A DNA stretch of 63,915 bases, the filler included, from Hyphochytrium catenoides (lineage: Eukaryota > Protista > Hyphochytriomycota): assembly GCA_900088475.1 (NCBI GenBank). It is 11 parts of 11 records of this genome, joined end to end, with 100 filler letters (N's around TTAATTAATTAA, not from the genome) between each part and the next. Parts side by side here need not be neighbours in the genome. Positions count along the whole stretch, not along the records: positions 10,736 to 30,480 come from FLMG01004066.1; 10 more parts are not named here. One strand, given 5' to 3'. A program made the translations under genes and the position numbers. This document shows positions 11,615-24,251 of the stretch, piece after piece; positions within the stretch are counted from its first letter, which is position 1; each line of letters opens with the position of its first letter. Below the pieces are notes generated by a model. That model was not told the DNA's origin, made no database searches, and saw only the letters and a program-made list of their open reading frames with translations.

Positions 11615-14600
11615 CTACTGCGCCTCATTGATCAGTGCCAAGGCCAAGTCCAAATAGTCTCCAGCGGGAAGAACCTCCTGCAAATCATGGCGATTGAAGC
11701 GGAGATGGTAAGCCACCGAACAAGCCAGACGGAAGCAGGCAATGATGGAGAGAGAGTAGCGGTTGTGGAGAGAGAGAGAGAGAAAGAGAAGGTAAGCATG
11801 ATTGGGGAGCGGATCCTGTCTCTCTTCCCCGTTTCTCTCTCCTGCCGTTCCTCAGCTTCTAGAAGGTCTTCCCTTCCTTCTTGTCTTGAGCACTTCCTTT
11901 CCCAGCCTTTGCTCGCCATTTACTCTCCCTCGAAACCAGCAAATTACTGCTTCTCTCTGTGTCCTCCTTTCCTTTCTCCTTCTCTCTCCTTCCTCTCTAT
12001 CTCGTCTCCTCTCCCAATCTCCCTCATCCCCCCCTTCTCCTGCTGCTCTCTTTCTCCAGTTTCACACACCCTCTGGGTTTTAAAGGCTCTCTCTCTCTCT
12101 CTCTTCCTCCCCCATCTCTCTCTTCCAATGATTTCTCCTCCTGCTCCTCTTCATCTTCTTGTCTTTCTTTTCCTTTCCTCTGCTCTCTTCTCCTTCTTCT
12201 CCTTACCCGAAGTCTCTCCGCGAGACCTTTGCCAAAGCGTTTCTTGAATGTCTCCTTTACATCTCCCGCCACTGTCTGATACCGAACAAGGCAAATGTTG
12301 AGCGGCTTCTTGTCTTGCTCATAAATCTTCTGGAAAGCTTCATCATAAATCTCAGAGACCAGCTCCAGAGGCTCCTCGACACAGCAAACTGGGAGGCAGG
12401 AGGGAGGCCGAGAGAGAGAGAGAGAGGAAGCAGACCGGAGATGGAGAATGAGCGACAAGAGAGAAGACGAAAGAGAGAGAGAGAAGAAAAAGAGAAAGAA
12501 GAGAGAGAGACAAAGAGAGGGCGGGAAAGAGTGTGTGTGAGAGAAAGAGAGAAGCAGAGCCGGAGAGAGAGAGGAAGGAAAGGAAAGAGAGAGAGAGAAA
12601 TAAGGAGAGAAAGAGAGAGGTGAGCCGACTGAACATGCAGCACCACCAAAAAGGTCATAAAGAAAGAAAAACTTCATAACTTATCATCAGTCACGAAACG
12701 ATGGAAGAGAGTGAGACTCATCGTCAGAGGAATAATCAGGAAAAGAGAAGAAGACACGCGTGGACAAGGAGGAAAGTTCTCATCAATGGACAGTCAAGGG
12801 CTAGAAACAAAGAAAAAAGCGTGCAAGAAGATAGTCAAGGAAAGAGGATGCGGGCTCGTGAGGAAGAGGAGAAGACACTCACTCAGCAAACGAGACAGAT
12901 AGTAGTGTCAGGACAAACAAGAAAGAGAGAAGGTGGACGTGAAAGAAAGAGGGAGGACGAACATTGAAGAAAGGCAGAGAGAGACAGAGAGGGGAGAGAA
13001 AACCCGCGCGAAGAGATAGCAGCAGCCCAATTTTGATGAGAAAAGGAGAAAAGAGATCGACGGACGGAAGAGAAACTGAGGAACGGCAATATGCAGAACA
13101 AAGATGAGTGAAGAGTGAAGAAATTGGAAAGAAGAGAGAAGGTAATGTGCCGATGATATTGATAAAGGAGAAGGTCTTTGGCCTCAGCCTCCTTACTTGC
13201 AAAAACGAGGGCGTCTCTCATATTTCCTTCAAACTCTTCCTCGATGACCTCGCGAAGCGTTTTCTTATTTCTCTCCTTCAAAGAAATAATTATCAGAACC
13301 AAGAGAGAGAGAAAAGATGGAGAATATGTAGACGGCCAGAGTATGGAGTTCTGGAGAGAGAAACACACTTCAATGACAAGAGAGAGAAGAACCGGAAGAT
13401 GGGGCTAAGAGAGAGAACGAAGAGGGGACGATGGACAGAAAGACAAAGCCAAGGAAACAACAAAGAGGGAAACGAAAGGAGGAAGAGAGAAGAAGAGAGA
13501 GAGAGAGAGAGAGAGAGAGGGAAAGGAGGGGAGAGTAGAGAAATGGGAAGGGCGAGAGAGACTGTTCTTCACCTTGTAAGCCTCGAGGACATTCCTGAGA
13601 TGGTTCGTCGGCCTCGTAGAGAGAAGAGAAATGAACTCTTCCTCTACTGGCGCGCTCCTTCTCCCTTGGCCGGCCTTATATAAACGTTTCACCTCATCGT
13701 CTAGAGAGAGAGAGAGGATCGAGGGAGAGGTCGGGTCTTCTTGAACAGCCTACATTTAGAGGGAAAGAGAGAGGGAGAGCAGAGGTAAGAAAGAAGCTGC
13801 GAAGGAGAGATAGTGGGATAATGGCATAAGACACTTGGTAAAGAAGCGAAGCATGAGACGAGGCACTCTCTCTCTCTCCTCCGATTTTCTTGCTTTTTCT
13901 CTCGCTTTCTCTCTCGTTCTGTCCAGTACAGTGACTGTCATGTGCCCGACTGACTTCGCTCCTGTCGTTTCTGCTACTTTCTTCGTTTTCTCCCTCTCTT
14001 TCTTTCCTTCTTTCTCTACTCTCGGCGGTAGTGTGACTCGCATCTGTAATTTTCCAGTATCAATTATGCGTCTCTCCTATTCTCCCCTTTTCCCCTTCAT
14101 CTCCCTCTCTCCTCATTCTCCTCTCTCTCTCTCTCTCTCTGTCTGTCTGTGTCTGCCTCTTTCTCACCTCAAGCGAGGTGACAATAAAGTCTCTGAATTC
14201 TCCAGCCTCAAGTTTCTCTTTCACATCCTGGACCAGATCAGTCCCATAGAGAGCCGCGTAAGAAGAACGAATAGCTTCAACCTCCACATTCGCACGGCGG
14301 ACTACCACCTAGAAAGGGAGAGAGAGAGACCGAGAGAGAGAAAACAAAGAGAGATGAGTGGGGAGAGGGCGAAAGAGAGAGAAAGAGAGAGAGAAGAAGA
14401 GAGAGAAACAAAGAGGAACAAGGAGAGAGGAAAAGAACGAGAGACACAAAGAGAGAGAGAGAGAAGGGCGGTGGTGAGGAGGATCCGCGGGAGAGACGAC
14501 AGGTACAATGACAAAAGATTGAATTAAGGGCCAAAAGGACTGAAGGAAAGGAGGAAGAAAAGAGAGAAAGAAAGCCAACGAACAGACGACAAGGAAGCGA

Positions 14601-15481
14601 GAGACGCCGAGAGAGAGAGAGAGATAATAGAGGACCTATCGTATTGAGGGAGAATACCAGGAGAAAAAGGAGAGACAGGAGAGAGAGAGGAGTAAGATGA
14701 GAGAAGGAAAACAGGGGAACAAGACAGAGAGGCGAAGAGAGAGAGACAGAGAGAGAGCATTAGGCAGGTTACCCTGATTAGATCCTTGGGGTTAGTGTCT
14801 CCCTCTTTCTCTCCCTGTCCCAGGGCATCATGGAGCAACTTTGCCTCCACCTCCGCCAACGGGGTGCCCAGGAGAGAGAGAAGCTCCCCAAAGTCTCCCT
14901 TCACTTCCTCTCGTAGGTCCTCAGAGAGAGATCGAGAGTATTTCTCTCGGTACTTCTGAAGAATAAAGGTTCTAGGATTCAATAGAAGACAGAAATAGAG
15001 GAAGAGACGAGGGAGAAGGGAGAGAGAATGGAATCAGGATTCGCACAGAAGAAGAAATCGTGAGGATATCGATAGTAGTGGCGGCAGAGACAAATGATGC
15101 CCTCAGCAGAGTAACTCTCTCTCTTCTTCTCTCTCCCGCCTCCGCTTCCTTCGATTCTCTTCTTAGTAATAAGGCCCGTATTCTTAGTTGTCCGAACTGA
15201 CATGACCCGTTCTTCCCATCTTCTCCCTCTTCTGACTCCATTTCTACACCCTGTTCTCTCTCGCGCGCGCGAGCTCTCTCTTTCTCTCTCTCCCTCTCTC
15301 TCTTCTTTCTTGTCGTTCCTCACCTCTCATAGTTATTCTTTCTTCCCAATATTTCTATGAGTCTCGCCTGGTTGACGCCTCTCACGGTTTTGATGGCAGA
15401 ATAGAGAGAGTCGCTGGCCTCCTCGACCTCTGAGGGAGGAGGAGAGCGATTGCTGTACTTGGAAGAGTTGCCCAGGATCAT
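11615..15481 (-). CDS. Annexin, divergent, complete 7-exon model (332 aa)
   Basis: Exons 15481-15324, 14971-14773, 14308-14168, 13749-13573, 13275-13197, 12388-12207 and 11677-11615; all GT-AG, phases consistent, 999 nt in total. Four annexin repeats: SDSLYSAIK..RLIEILGRKNNYER..YSRSLSEDLREEVKGDF; EAKLLHDAL..YGTDLVQDVKE; VKRLYKAGQGR..TLREVIEEEFEGN; FGKGLAERLR..GDYLDLALAL. Confidence 0.88.
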
Positions 15482-16865
15482 TGTCTCCTCTTGGCTTTTG
15501 GTTTCAATGCTTTCTCGGTACTAATGCGCCACTCTGTCTGTACAGGAGGAAAATGATGGCAGAAGAGAGAGTAATACAGGAGCAAGTGAGAGAGAGAGAG
15601 AGAGAGAGAGAATTAGAGAAATAGAGAAGTAGCAAGAGAGAGACCAGAGAGAGGGAGTAGGAGGAGCGGGGAGAAGTAGGAGAGAGGGGAGAGAAAGGGT
15701 TGAAAGATAAAGAGAGGATTAGTACATCCGGTAAGGATAACAGTAAGAACCACAGAGAGACGGAGATACAGAGACCGAGAGAGAGAGAGAGAGAGAATGA
15801 AAGAAAGATAGACTGGCGGTTTCCAGAGACATCATTCAGGGAGGAAGAGTGGACCCAGTGTTCTTGCAGACCGCGAATGGAAACAAAAGAATCTTGGACT
15901 GAGGGAAGGAAAGAAGAGGAGCCAGGGAAGAGAGAGAAGAGAGATGCGGATGTGTAAGAGAGAGAGAGACACACAGAGAAGGAAGGAAGGGAGAAAGACC
16001 TAGAGAGAGGCAGAGCTAGAGAAGAGAAGGAAGAACGGAAGATGTCCTTAGCAGCGCGAAGTCATCGGTAAAAGGATGGCGCTGTGGATCTTTACCTCTT
16101 CTTCTTCTTGTGATCTGGACGGAGAAAGATTTACTGGCGTCGCCCTCGTCATGGGAGAGAAGCGCGAAACAAAAGAGAAGAGAGATGAGAGAGAAAGAGC
16201 AAGCTAAGCAAGGGAGCGAGCGGAGGCGGAGGAGAGAGCTGAGGGAAAGGGAGAAGGCGCGACAGAAGCAACGACATCATCAGAACAAGAGAGTAGAGGA
16301 GAAGAAGATGCGGGAGAGAGAGAGAGAAGGAAGCAGCTGCTGAAAAGGTACCACCCACCGCCGCCGGGATGAGAAAAGAGAGGACGATGGCGAGAGAGAG
16401 AGGAAGCTGTCGAAGATAGAAGACAGGCCAGGCCCTCTTACTTCTCTCTCCCTCTCTTCTTCCCTCCATCACTCATTTATAAGGGCTGTTCTCTAGTCTC
16501 TCTCCCTCTTCAGTACTTTCCTCACACAAAGCTCTAAGGTGTCGCAGCGTAACTAACTGGAAGAAGGAATGAGGGGGAAGAAAGAGAGAGAAAGAGAGAG
16601 AGAACAAAGAAAGAAAAGAAAGATTTTGGGGCCAGGGGCCAGGACAAGGGAAGCTGCCTCAGCACATAAGATGCGCTAAGTCTCTCTTCTCCCTCTCTCC
16701 TCTTTCCCGCGGTTCTTCTTATCATACAGACACTTTTCTCTCTTTCTCTTCTCTTGTTTGCCTGTGTCTCATCATTCTTTCTCTTTCTTCTTCTTCTTCT
16801 CTCTTCCTCGTCATTGCTGTGTGGTCTCTTCTCTCTGCCTCTTTCTGCATTCCCTTCTTTCTGAT

Positions 16866-16899
<34 letters not shown>

Positions 16900-19035
16900 C
16901 TTTGTCTCTCTTCAACCTTATCACTTGATGCTCGTGATTCTCTAGCTGCATCCCGAATATAATAGGGTCTATCTCTAATATGTACTTACCCGGGCGATTA
17001 GATTTGTAATCCTCGTGGTCTCCCTTGTCGTTCTGATCCATTTATGCACACAAGTTTTATATCAATCGCCCTTACGCTCCCCTCTGGTGGCCCTTTTTCT
17101 CTCTTTCATTCTTGTGATGAAGGGGTTCTTCCCTCTCTCTTTCTCTCTCTCTGTCTCTCCCTGTCTCTCTGTCTCTCTCTGTCTCTATCTCTCGCTCTCC
17201 CTTCTTTCTCTCTCCCTCTCTTTAGCCTCTCTCTCACTTTCTCTCGTCCTCTCTTTCCTTTCTCTCTCTCCTCTTTCTGATGACTCTCTTTCTCTCTCCT
17301 CTTCTTTCTCAATACCACTCTCTATCCTATTGTGCTGTCTATCAGTAATATAATGGTGGAGATGTCTCTCATCTTGTCTTTCGGTCTTCTCGCTATTGCT
17401 ATCGTTATTTATTCTTCGTCGTTCTGTTTGCCTCACCACTTCTTTCTGTCTGTTCTAACCCTTGCTCCTCTCAGTTGCCTCATCAATCTTCATAATGAAT
17501 AATCAGGATTGGCTATTTCTCATGAAATTCCGTGTCTTTCTTAGTGGTCCGAATGTTCTCATCTGCGCCGCGCCACCTCGTCTCATAAGCCAGCAGCTAA
17601 AGAAGAATCTGCAGATTCTCAATGTTCCCTCGCATTTTTGCTGATGTGAATACTCTGTACTGAATTCTTTGCTGCTGATTCTCTTGCTCTCCTTTCTTCC
17701 TCAATCTGTCTGGGTCTTTTTCTTCTCTCTTGACTTAGTGTGTCGAGCGCTGCTGTACCTTTCCTCAGCTGCCTCGTCCTCTTCTCTGTCTCGTTGTTGT
17801 TGCTGTTGGTTCTGTACCTCCTTCCTCTCTCTTCTTCTTGTCTCTCTCTCTCTCTCTTCTTAACATTTCTTCCTCGGTTCTTCATCATCCTCTGCGCTCT
17901 GTCTTCTCCTCTTCCTCTAATAACTTTCCTTCATCTCTCTCTTTTTCTCTCTTTCTCTCTCTTTCTTTCTCTCTTTCATTTCCTGTCCCCCATCTCTCTC
18001 TTGCCACTAATTGCCCACCTCATCAATGAAGAATTTGTTGGAGTTGATTTCCAAAATCCCTCTCTCTCTTCCGTAATATTGTCTCTTTCTTCCGGCTCTC
18101 GCCTTCACTCTTTCTCTCTCTTCCTTTTTCTCTCTCTGTCTCACTCTCTTTCGCTCTGGTCGTTGTGTCTCCTCTTTATCCCTAGTTCTCTTCTTTCCTC
18201 TCTCTCTTCTATCTTCTCTCTCTCTCTCTGTCTGTCTACCTCTTTTCTTACTTCTCTTTCTGCGTTCCCTCCTACTATTTATCTCTCCTCCTCTGTCTCT
18301 CTGCATAGAGGACTTTTCTCCTTATTCATCTTCCTCTCTGGTTTTTACTCTGCAAAGGACGGCTCACGACGATTCAGAATATTTTATTGTCACGGAGCCT
18401 TGATGTTCGCGAATCATTTTCAGTTTTCGAAATTGAATCCCGTCGGGAAGAGGGGCTTCGGAATTCAATCTGACTACCGCGAAAGCGTTTAGAAAATAGT
18501 ACTTCAAAAGCTCTATTTCCCCTGAACTATTCTTGATTCTTCTCCTACTATTTGCTCTCTCCGTTTTCAGCTCTCTCTCACATTCTCTCTCTCTCTCTCT
18601 TTCTCTCTCTCCCCTACACATACTACACACACACTCTCTCTCTCTCTCTCTCTCTCTCTTTTCTCTTACTCAGCAGTCCTTTAATCTTTGTCTCTCTCTC
18701 TCTCTGTTTTGACCTCTGTCGCCCTTCTCTTCTCGCGCGTGCTCTTTCTTCTCTTCTTTCTCTTCTCTTCATCATTAACGAACTTACACGGTAACGCACA
18801 CCCTCCAGCCAAGAAACAGAACACCAGCACACACATTGATACTGACAAGCACTTCTTCCTGCACGGGCGCAAGCTTTCGCAGACGAAATCTTACTCTAGA
18901 GGAGAGAGAGAGTGTGCTGTCTCCTCCTCTTCTCCTTTCTTTGCTGTTCGGCTATTAATTTATCCAACTCTGTTGGTGTTTCTCTTTCTGCTTCTCTCAA
19001 TTCTTTCCTTTTCTTGCGCCCTTGTCACTTCACTA

Positions 19036-21269
19036 ATGCCTTTGCCAGGGGTCACTCTTCGCTCTTCTTCCTCTCTCCCTCTCTCCTCATCTCTCCCCCC
19101 GTCGGTGTCTTGTGATCGTCTTGCATCTTCTCTCTCTTTCTCTTCATCTTCTTCAGCTGCTGGCTGGGCTCAGTGGACAGGCGAGAAAGACAAATTTTTT
19201 CTTTTTCTCCTTCTTCATCATTCAGAGAGAGAGAAAGAAAGGGGAATCGAATGCAGAGGCACAGGGGTTAGCTCTGAAGCTTGGGGCAAGATTGTCAGTA
19301 CTTTCAACGGTAGATTTGGAGTCTCTCTCTCGGTAGATCAGCTGAAGAGAAGGTATTATCGGGTAGGTGCAGAAAGGATAGGTATAGAAGGCTGATTGAC
19401 TGTTCTTTTGCTCTTTACGATACTTTCTCCTTCTCCTTTGTCCTTGCGCTCTTTCAGCCAACTTCTGGTCTTTCTGCTTCTTCCATCTACTAATAAGATC
19501 CTCCTTCTCTTTCTTGGGCACTTCTCCTCTCTTTTCCTTTCCTGTACACCTGGCTCCTATCTCTTCCCTCGTTTCATTTTGTCTTCTCTCTCTATCCATC
19601 TAGCTGCGATACCAGTACGAGTCTTTCCTACAGTTGAAATCCCACCCCGACTTCCGCTGGGACAAGGAGAAGAACCTGCCCGTTGCCACAAAGGAGGTCT
19701 GGCAACAGTTCCTCAAGGTAAGAGGCAGCGAGAGCGAGAGCAGAGAGAGGGAGGAAGAGCTCTTAGAAGACAAAAAGAAAAAGGGGGTCGGAGGAGAGAG
19801 AGAAGAATGAGAAGAGACAATCGAGTAAAGCCATTTAGAGAGAGAGAGAGAGATGATGAGAGAGAGAGCGAAAGAGAGAGTGAAAGAGAGGGACTGGGGA
19901 GGGTAAAGGTACGGGTTTTGCCTTGAGACCGGCGAAGCGAACCACGAATGAAAGATGAGGAAAAGAGGGTCAAGGCAGAGAGTGAAGGGCTTCCAGAGAA
20001 CCGTTTTGCTTAAGCATTCTTTCTTTGCTTAGAAAGCGTCTTCTTCATCACAATTCTCGCCCTAAATCTCTTAGAAATGTCCTCGAGAGGCGAAGAAGTT
20101 CCGCAACCAAACTCTGGAAAACGTTGAGCTATTGCATAAACTCTTCGCTAGCGCAGAGGAGGAGAAGAAAGGAGAGAGAATGGCAAGAGAAGAAGAGCAA
20201 GAAAGCGATTCTTCCCCGCGCGTCCTCTCTGCTTCTACTTCCTCATATTTGCCCTCTAACAACTGTTCCTCTAGACTCCAGTAAGTGACGTCCTAATCTG
20301 CCTACTCTTTCGTTCGCCTCCACAATTGTCTCTTCCCATAGTGTCCACGTACTAGTCGTTCCTGAAAGCTGTTTGTCTCTCTCTCTCTCTCTTTCTCTTT
20401 CTCTCCTTCTCGCTCTCCCTTGACTTTGGCCTATCCCTCCTTCATCTCTCTCTCTCTCTCTCTCGTCTTTCTTTTGCTCTCATCTGTCTCTGCTTTTCCC
20501 CTTTCTTAGATGTCCCTCGGCTTATTCCCCTTCGCTCTCTCCTCGATTTCGGTAACCTTCGTCCTCTTTTTTCTCTAGGAAAAAGAGGAAGCAGGGATCA
20601 CGGTGTGAGGAAGGAAAGAGAAGAGGGTCCACCAAGAAGTCCAGAAGAAAGAAAGGAGCTACTCCAGCGACTCAAGAGAGAGAAAGAGATGGAGAGAGAA
20701 GGGAGAGACAGCGACCAGCAGCCGTCTCCCCTTTCCCTTCCTCACATCTCCCTCGTACCTCGCCAGGCACTCTGGCTCACACAACCCTGGAGAAGGCCGT
20801 CTGTATTCTGGAGAAAGAGTATGCAGAAGATGGAAAGGATAAACTCGCACTCGCATTTGATGTAATGCTGGAAGAGAGAAAAGCCTCTCTTTTCTGTGCG
20901 ATGACCAAAGGAGAGACAAGAACTTACTGGCTGGAAAGAGAGAGAGAGAGAAAGAGAAAAGAGAGAGAGAAAGAAGAGTTGGAGCTAGAACAACTACTAA
21001 GGGCCCTTGAAAAAGAGAGAGAAGAGCAAAAGAATGAGACGGACGAACAAGAACAAATCGGTGAAGAATCAGAAGAGAAAGAGAGAGAGACAGAGAGAAC
21101 GGAGGAAAAAGCGGACGACGAAGATAGGAGACGCATCCAAGAAGACGAGGAAGAGAGAGAGACAGAGGAGGAGGGAGGAATGGGGGAAGAAGAAGAAGCA
21201 CAACAACAGAAAGAGAGAGAAGAAGAAGAAGTCTCTTCGGATGCTGTACAGAAGAAGGAGAATGCGTAA
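19036..21269 (+). CDS. Myb/SANT-like DNA-binding protein (Myb_DNA-bind_3 / LIMYB-like), 4 exons, ~445 aa
   Basis: Exons 19036-19362, 19604-19717, 20075-20280 and 20579-21269 (GT-AG, in frame). The spliced protein reads WTGEKD...AWGKIVSTFNGRFGVSLSVDQLKRRYYRLRYQYESFLQLKSHPDFRWDKEKNLPVATKEVWQQFLKKCPREAKKFRNQTLENVELLHKLF, with a C-terminal KAVCILE..AFDVM..KASLFCAM..RTYWLE helix motif. Start codon is tentative. Confidence 0.8.
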
Positions 21270-22411
21270 CCTGCCGTACAATGGAATGCTTCTCTTCTTA
21301 TAAAAGTCTTCTTCTCCTCTTCTTTCTCTTTTCTGTCCATCAAAACATCAGTGTCCCCTCTAGCAAGCGCCCTTACCGTTCTTGTTAGATGATATTATTA
21401 ATAAGAGAGAAGATTGAGAAATAGTAACAAACAAACGCACTTGTAGTGCTGCGTCCTCTTCTAAGAAAGCGATGTTACTAGAGGATTCTTGCTTCCTTTG
21501 CTCTTCTTCTTCTTTCTCTATCTTCTCTCCTTCTGCTTGCATTGATCATCAACCTTCATCTTCGTCTTCCATCATCTTTTTTCCCTTTGTTTTGTTCTTT
21601 CTTTATGCTCTGCCTTTGTCTAATTCTCGTTTCCTTTTCTCCTTTCATCTTTTGTCCCTTCTAGACTTCTGTTCACAGAGCCAAACTTACCTCTTCCCTC
21701 CTCTTTTACCTCTTCTTCTTCTTGTCTTTGTCTTTCTCTTCGTCTTTGTTTTCTCTACCGTTTTCGATGATGAAAAGGTATTTATAAAGTTGATCAGTGG
21801 GCAACATAACATCATAAAACTGGTCGTTAACTTGCAAGAAAGATGTCAGAAGTTTTACAAGTAGGGAGAAAGAGGAGAAAGACCGACGACGAAGAACATA
21901 GGGTTTTCTATAGAATCACCTCATTAGTTCTCGCTCGCGTCAGTTTTTTTATAGTAGAAGTATAACAATGGGGAACCCAGGTAGAGGAGGAAGAAAAATG
22001 ACTCACCTTCCATTCTAACCATGAAGAAGAAAGACGCTTGGACACAAAATGAAGCCGGTTAATCTCTGTATTGATAAGCATAGAGAACAATTTTGAAGAG
22101 AAGCTACCATGAAATAAAATATCTGCAGTCGTTTAGACGGAAGGGCGAGCGATTTAACGGGACATCTTTCATCTTTCTTGTCCGCCCCACAGCTCTCTTC
22201 ATATTGATTGAACTTATTTGGCTCTAATCCTTTCCTCTTCAGCATCGTCCAGCATCAGGGAAGGATCAAAAAAGTTACTTGGACTCGTACTGAGTGCACT
22301 TGCTTAGCACGTTTCTTTTTTATTTATAATAATTTTTGTTGGTGGTGATGCTCTAACATTATTATTATAGAAATGCAGATGCAGCCTCGTACTGTCGATC
22401 CTGGCGTGGTG

Positions 22412-23268
22412 TTACGGAAAAGGCGCTCTATCATAAATAAAGCCCCTAACCGCAACGCTGCTAACGGCACGCATAGCGCCACAGCTAACGACAATGCTAG
22501 AGTCCCAAACACCCATGACATCTCTAGAGTTGTCTTCTAACTCTTCTGAGGAATCTCAGCTGGAATCTCCTACTTCTTCATCATCGGTGAGACCAACTCT
22601 TCTGGACGCTGATCAGAATCAATCGTCGCGCTCCTCGTCGTATTGGACAAGACCACCCCAAAACAAGCCGAGCCTAAGGAAGTTCCAGTTCAGATCTTCC
22701 AGCCTCATCAAGAGCTTCATCAACAACAATCCAGTCCTACGATCAAGGAGCGAGTGTGCGTTTAGAATAATAAGCTCAAAATCTTCCAGCTTCATCAAGA
22801 GCTTCATCAACAATCCAGTCCTATCACGGAGTGTGCGTTCAGAATAAGCTCTCTGAGCGTAACATGGTGAGGCTTGAGTGACCGTCGTTATCCCGCTCTT
22901 GGCTGCCGAGCAGTAGTAGATCTTCAGCAGGTTGTGGTGCTGAAGTCGGCAGAGAAGTGACAATGGGAGCGTTGCTCTGAACTGGAACTTCTTTAGGCTC
23001 GGCTTGTTTTTGGGGTGGTCTTGTCCAATACGACGAGGAGCGCGACGATTGATTCTGATCCAGCGTCCAGAAGAGTTGGTCTCACCGATGATGATGAAGA
23101 AGTAGTAGGAGATTCTAGCTGAGATTCCTTAGAAGAGTTGTTATTAGAGTGCTTCGAGCTGTTAGGGGTGTTTGGGACTCTAGCATTGTCGTTAGCGGTG
23201 GCGCTATGCTTGCCGTTAGCAGCGTTGCGGTTAGGGGCTTTATGTATGATAGAGCGCCTTTTACGTAA
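22412..23268. repeat. Long imperfect inverted repeat (arms 22412-22694 and 22976-23268, ~280-bp spacer)
   Basis: The arms are reverse complements with few mismatches, e.g. gatcagaatcaatcgtcgcgctcctcgtcgtattggacaagaccaccccaaaa vs ttttggggtggtcttgtccaatacgacgaggagcgcgacgattgattctgatc. Confidence 0.92.
22694..22851. repeat. Two-copy ~80-bp tandem duplication inside the inverted-repeat spacer
   Basis: atcttccagc.tcatcaagagcttcatcaacaa..ccagtccta..gagtgtgcgtt.agaataa occurs at 22694 and 22781. Confidence 0.85.
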
Positions 23269-24251
23269 AATAACAGTGGTTCTGTGTCTCGTCCTCATCT
23301 CGATAACTAGAGATGGATCAGTGGGCTGATCTGAATTCAGTGGCATTCTTGATGGCTTCTGGGTGATCAAGGTCTTTCTTTATGTTGTACAGCGACGACA
23401 GTAGGGACAGAGGGAGAGACAGAATGACCTGGAGAGAGACAGAGTGACCGAGAGAGAGACAGAGCGACAGAGAGAGCGAAAACCGGACCAGAGTGAAAGA
23501 GAGAGACATAGAGAGAGAGAGGGAAAGACAGAGGGAGGAGAAAGTAGAGCTTGTCCACTTGAGACAGCCAAAAGAGAGAGAGTGAAAGGGATTGAGAAGC
23601 TGTGAGATAAAGACCAAGATTCTTCCTGCTAGCTCTTCTGCTGGTCAAAGGGAAGCAGCTCCAAAGCTCCAGCAGTGAGATCTTCTAGGTCGCACACAGA
23701 GCGCGTGCGAAGACACAGCGCAATCATAGAGTCAGTGGCCCGCTGTCTCGCCCAGAAGGGGAAGGAGAGAAGAGGAGCCCAATCTGTCCTTTCTCTTCTC
23801 TTATCCCTCCTCTCTGATTGTTGGCCACGTCTAACGTTTCTCCTCCCTATCTGTCAGCCATCTTCCAAGCACTGCTTCTTTCTCTCTCTTGTGACAAGCA
23901 CAGTCTCTTTGTCTCTCTTATTGAACGACCTACATTTTACTTTGCTTATCTAAGGTCAGACCTTGGAGCGGGCCATTCTTGTCTTTCCCTTATCTCTCCA
24001 TCCTACCCTTGCGCCAGTGCCGGCACTCGTGGGATCTGAGACATCAAGGCTATCCCTTCCTTGCTTCTCCTTCCTTTTCTTACGCAAGGTCTCTCTCGCC
24101 ATCGCTCTCTCTCTTTTCGTCTTCCTCTCAAGCTGTTCTCCCCATGGCACCAAAGGTGGAGTGAGCTCTGTGCCGTCTGTCCGTTGATTGGCGTCTCCCG
24201 TCTCCTCGCTGGCCTTTATCGTCTTTTCTATCTCTCCTTTGTCTGGAAAAG

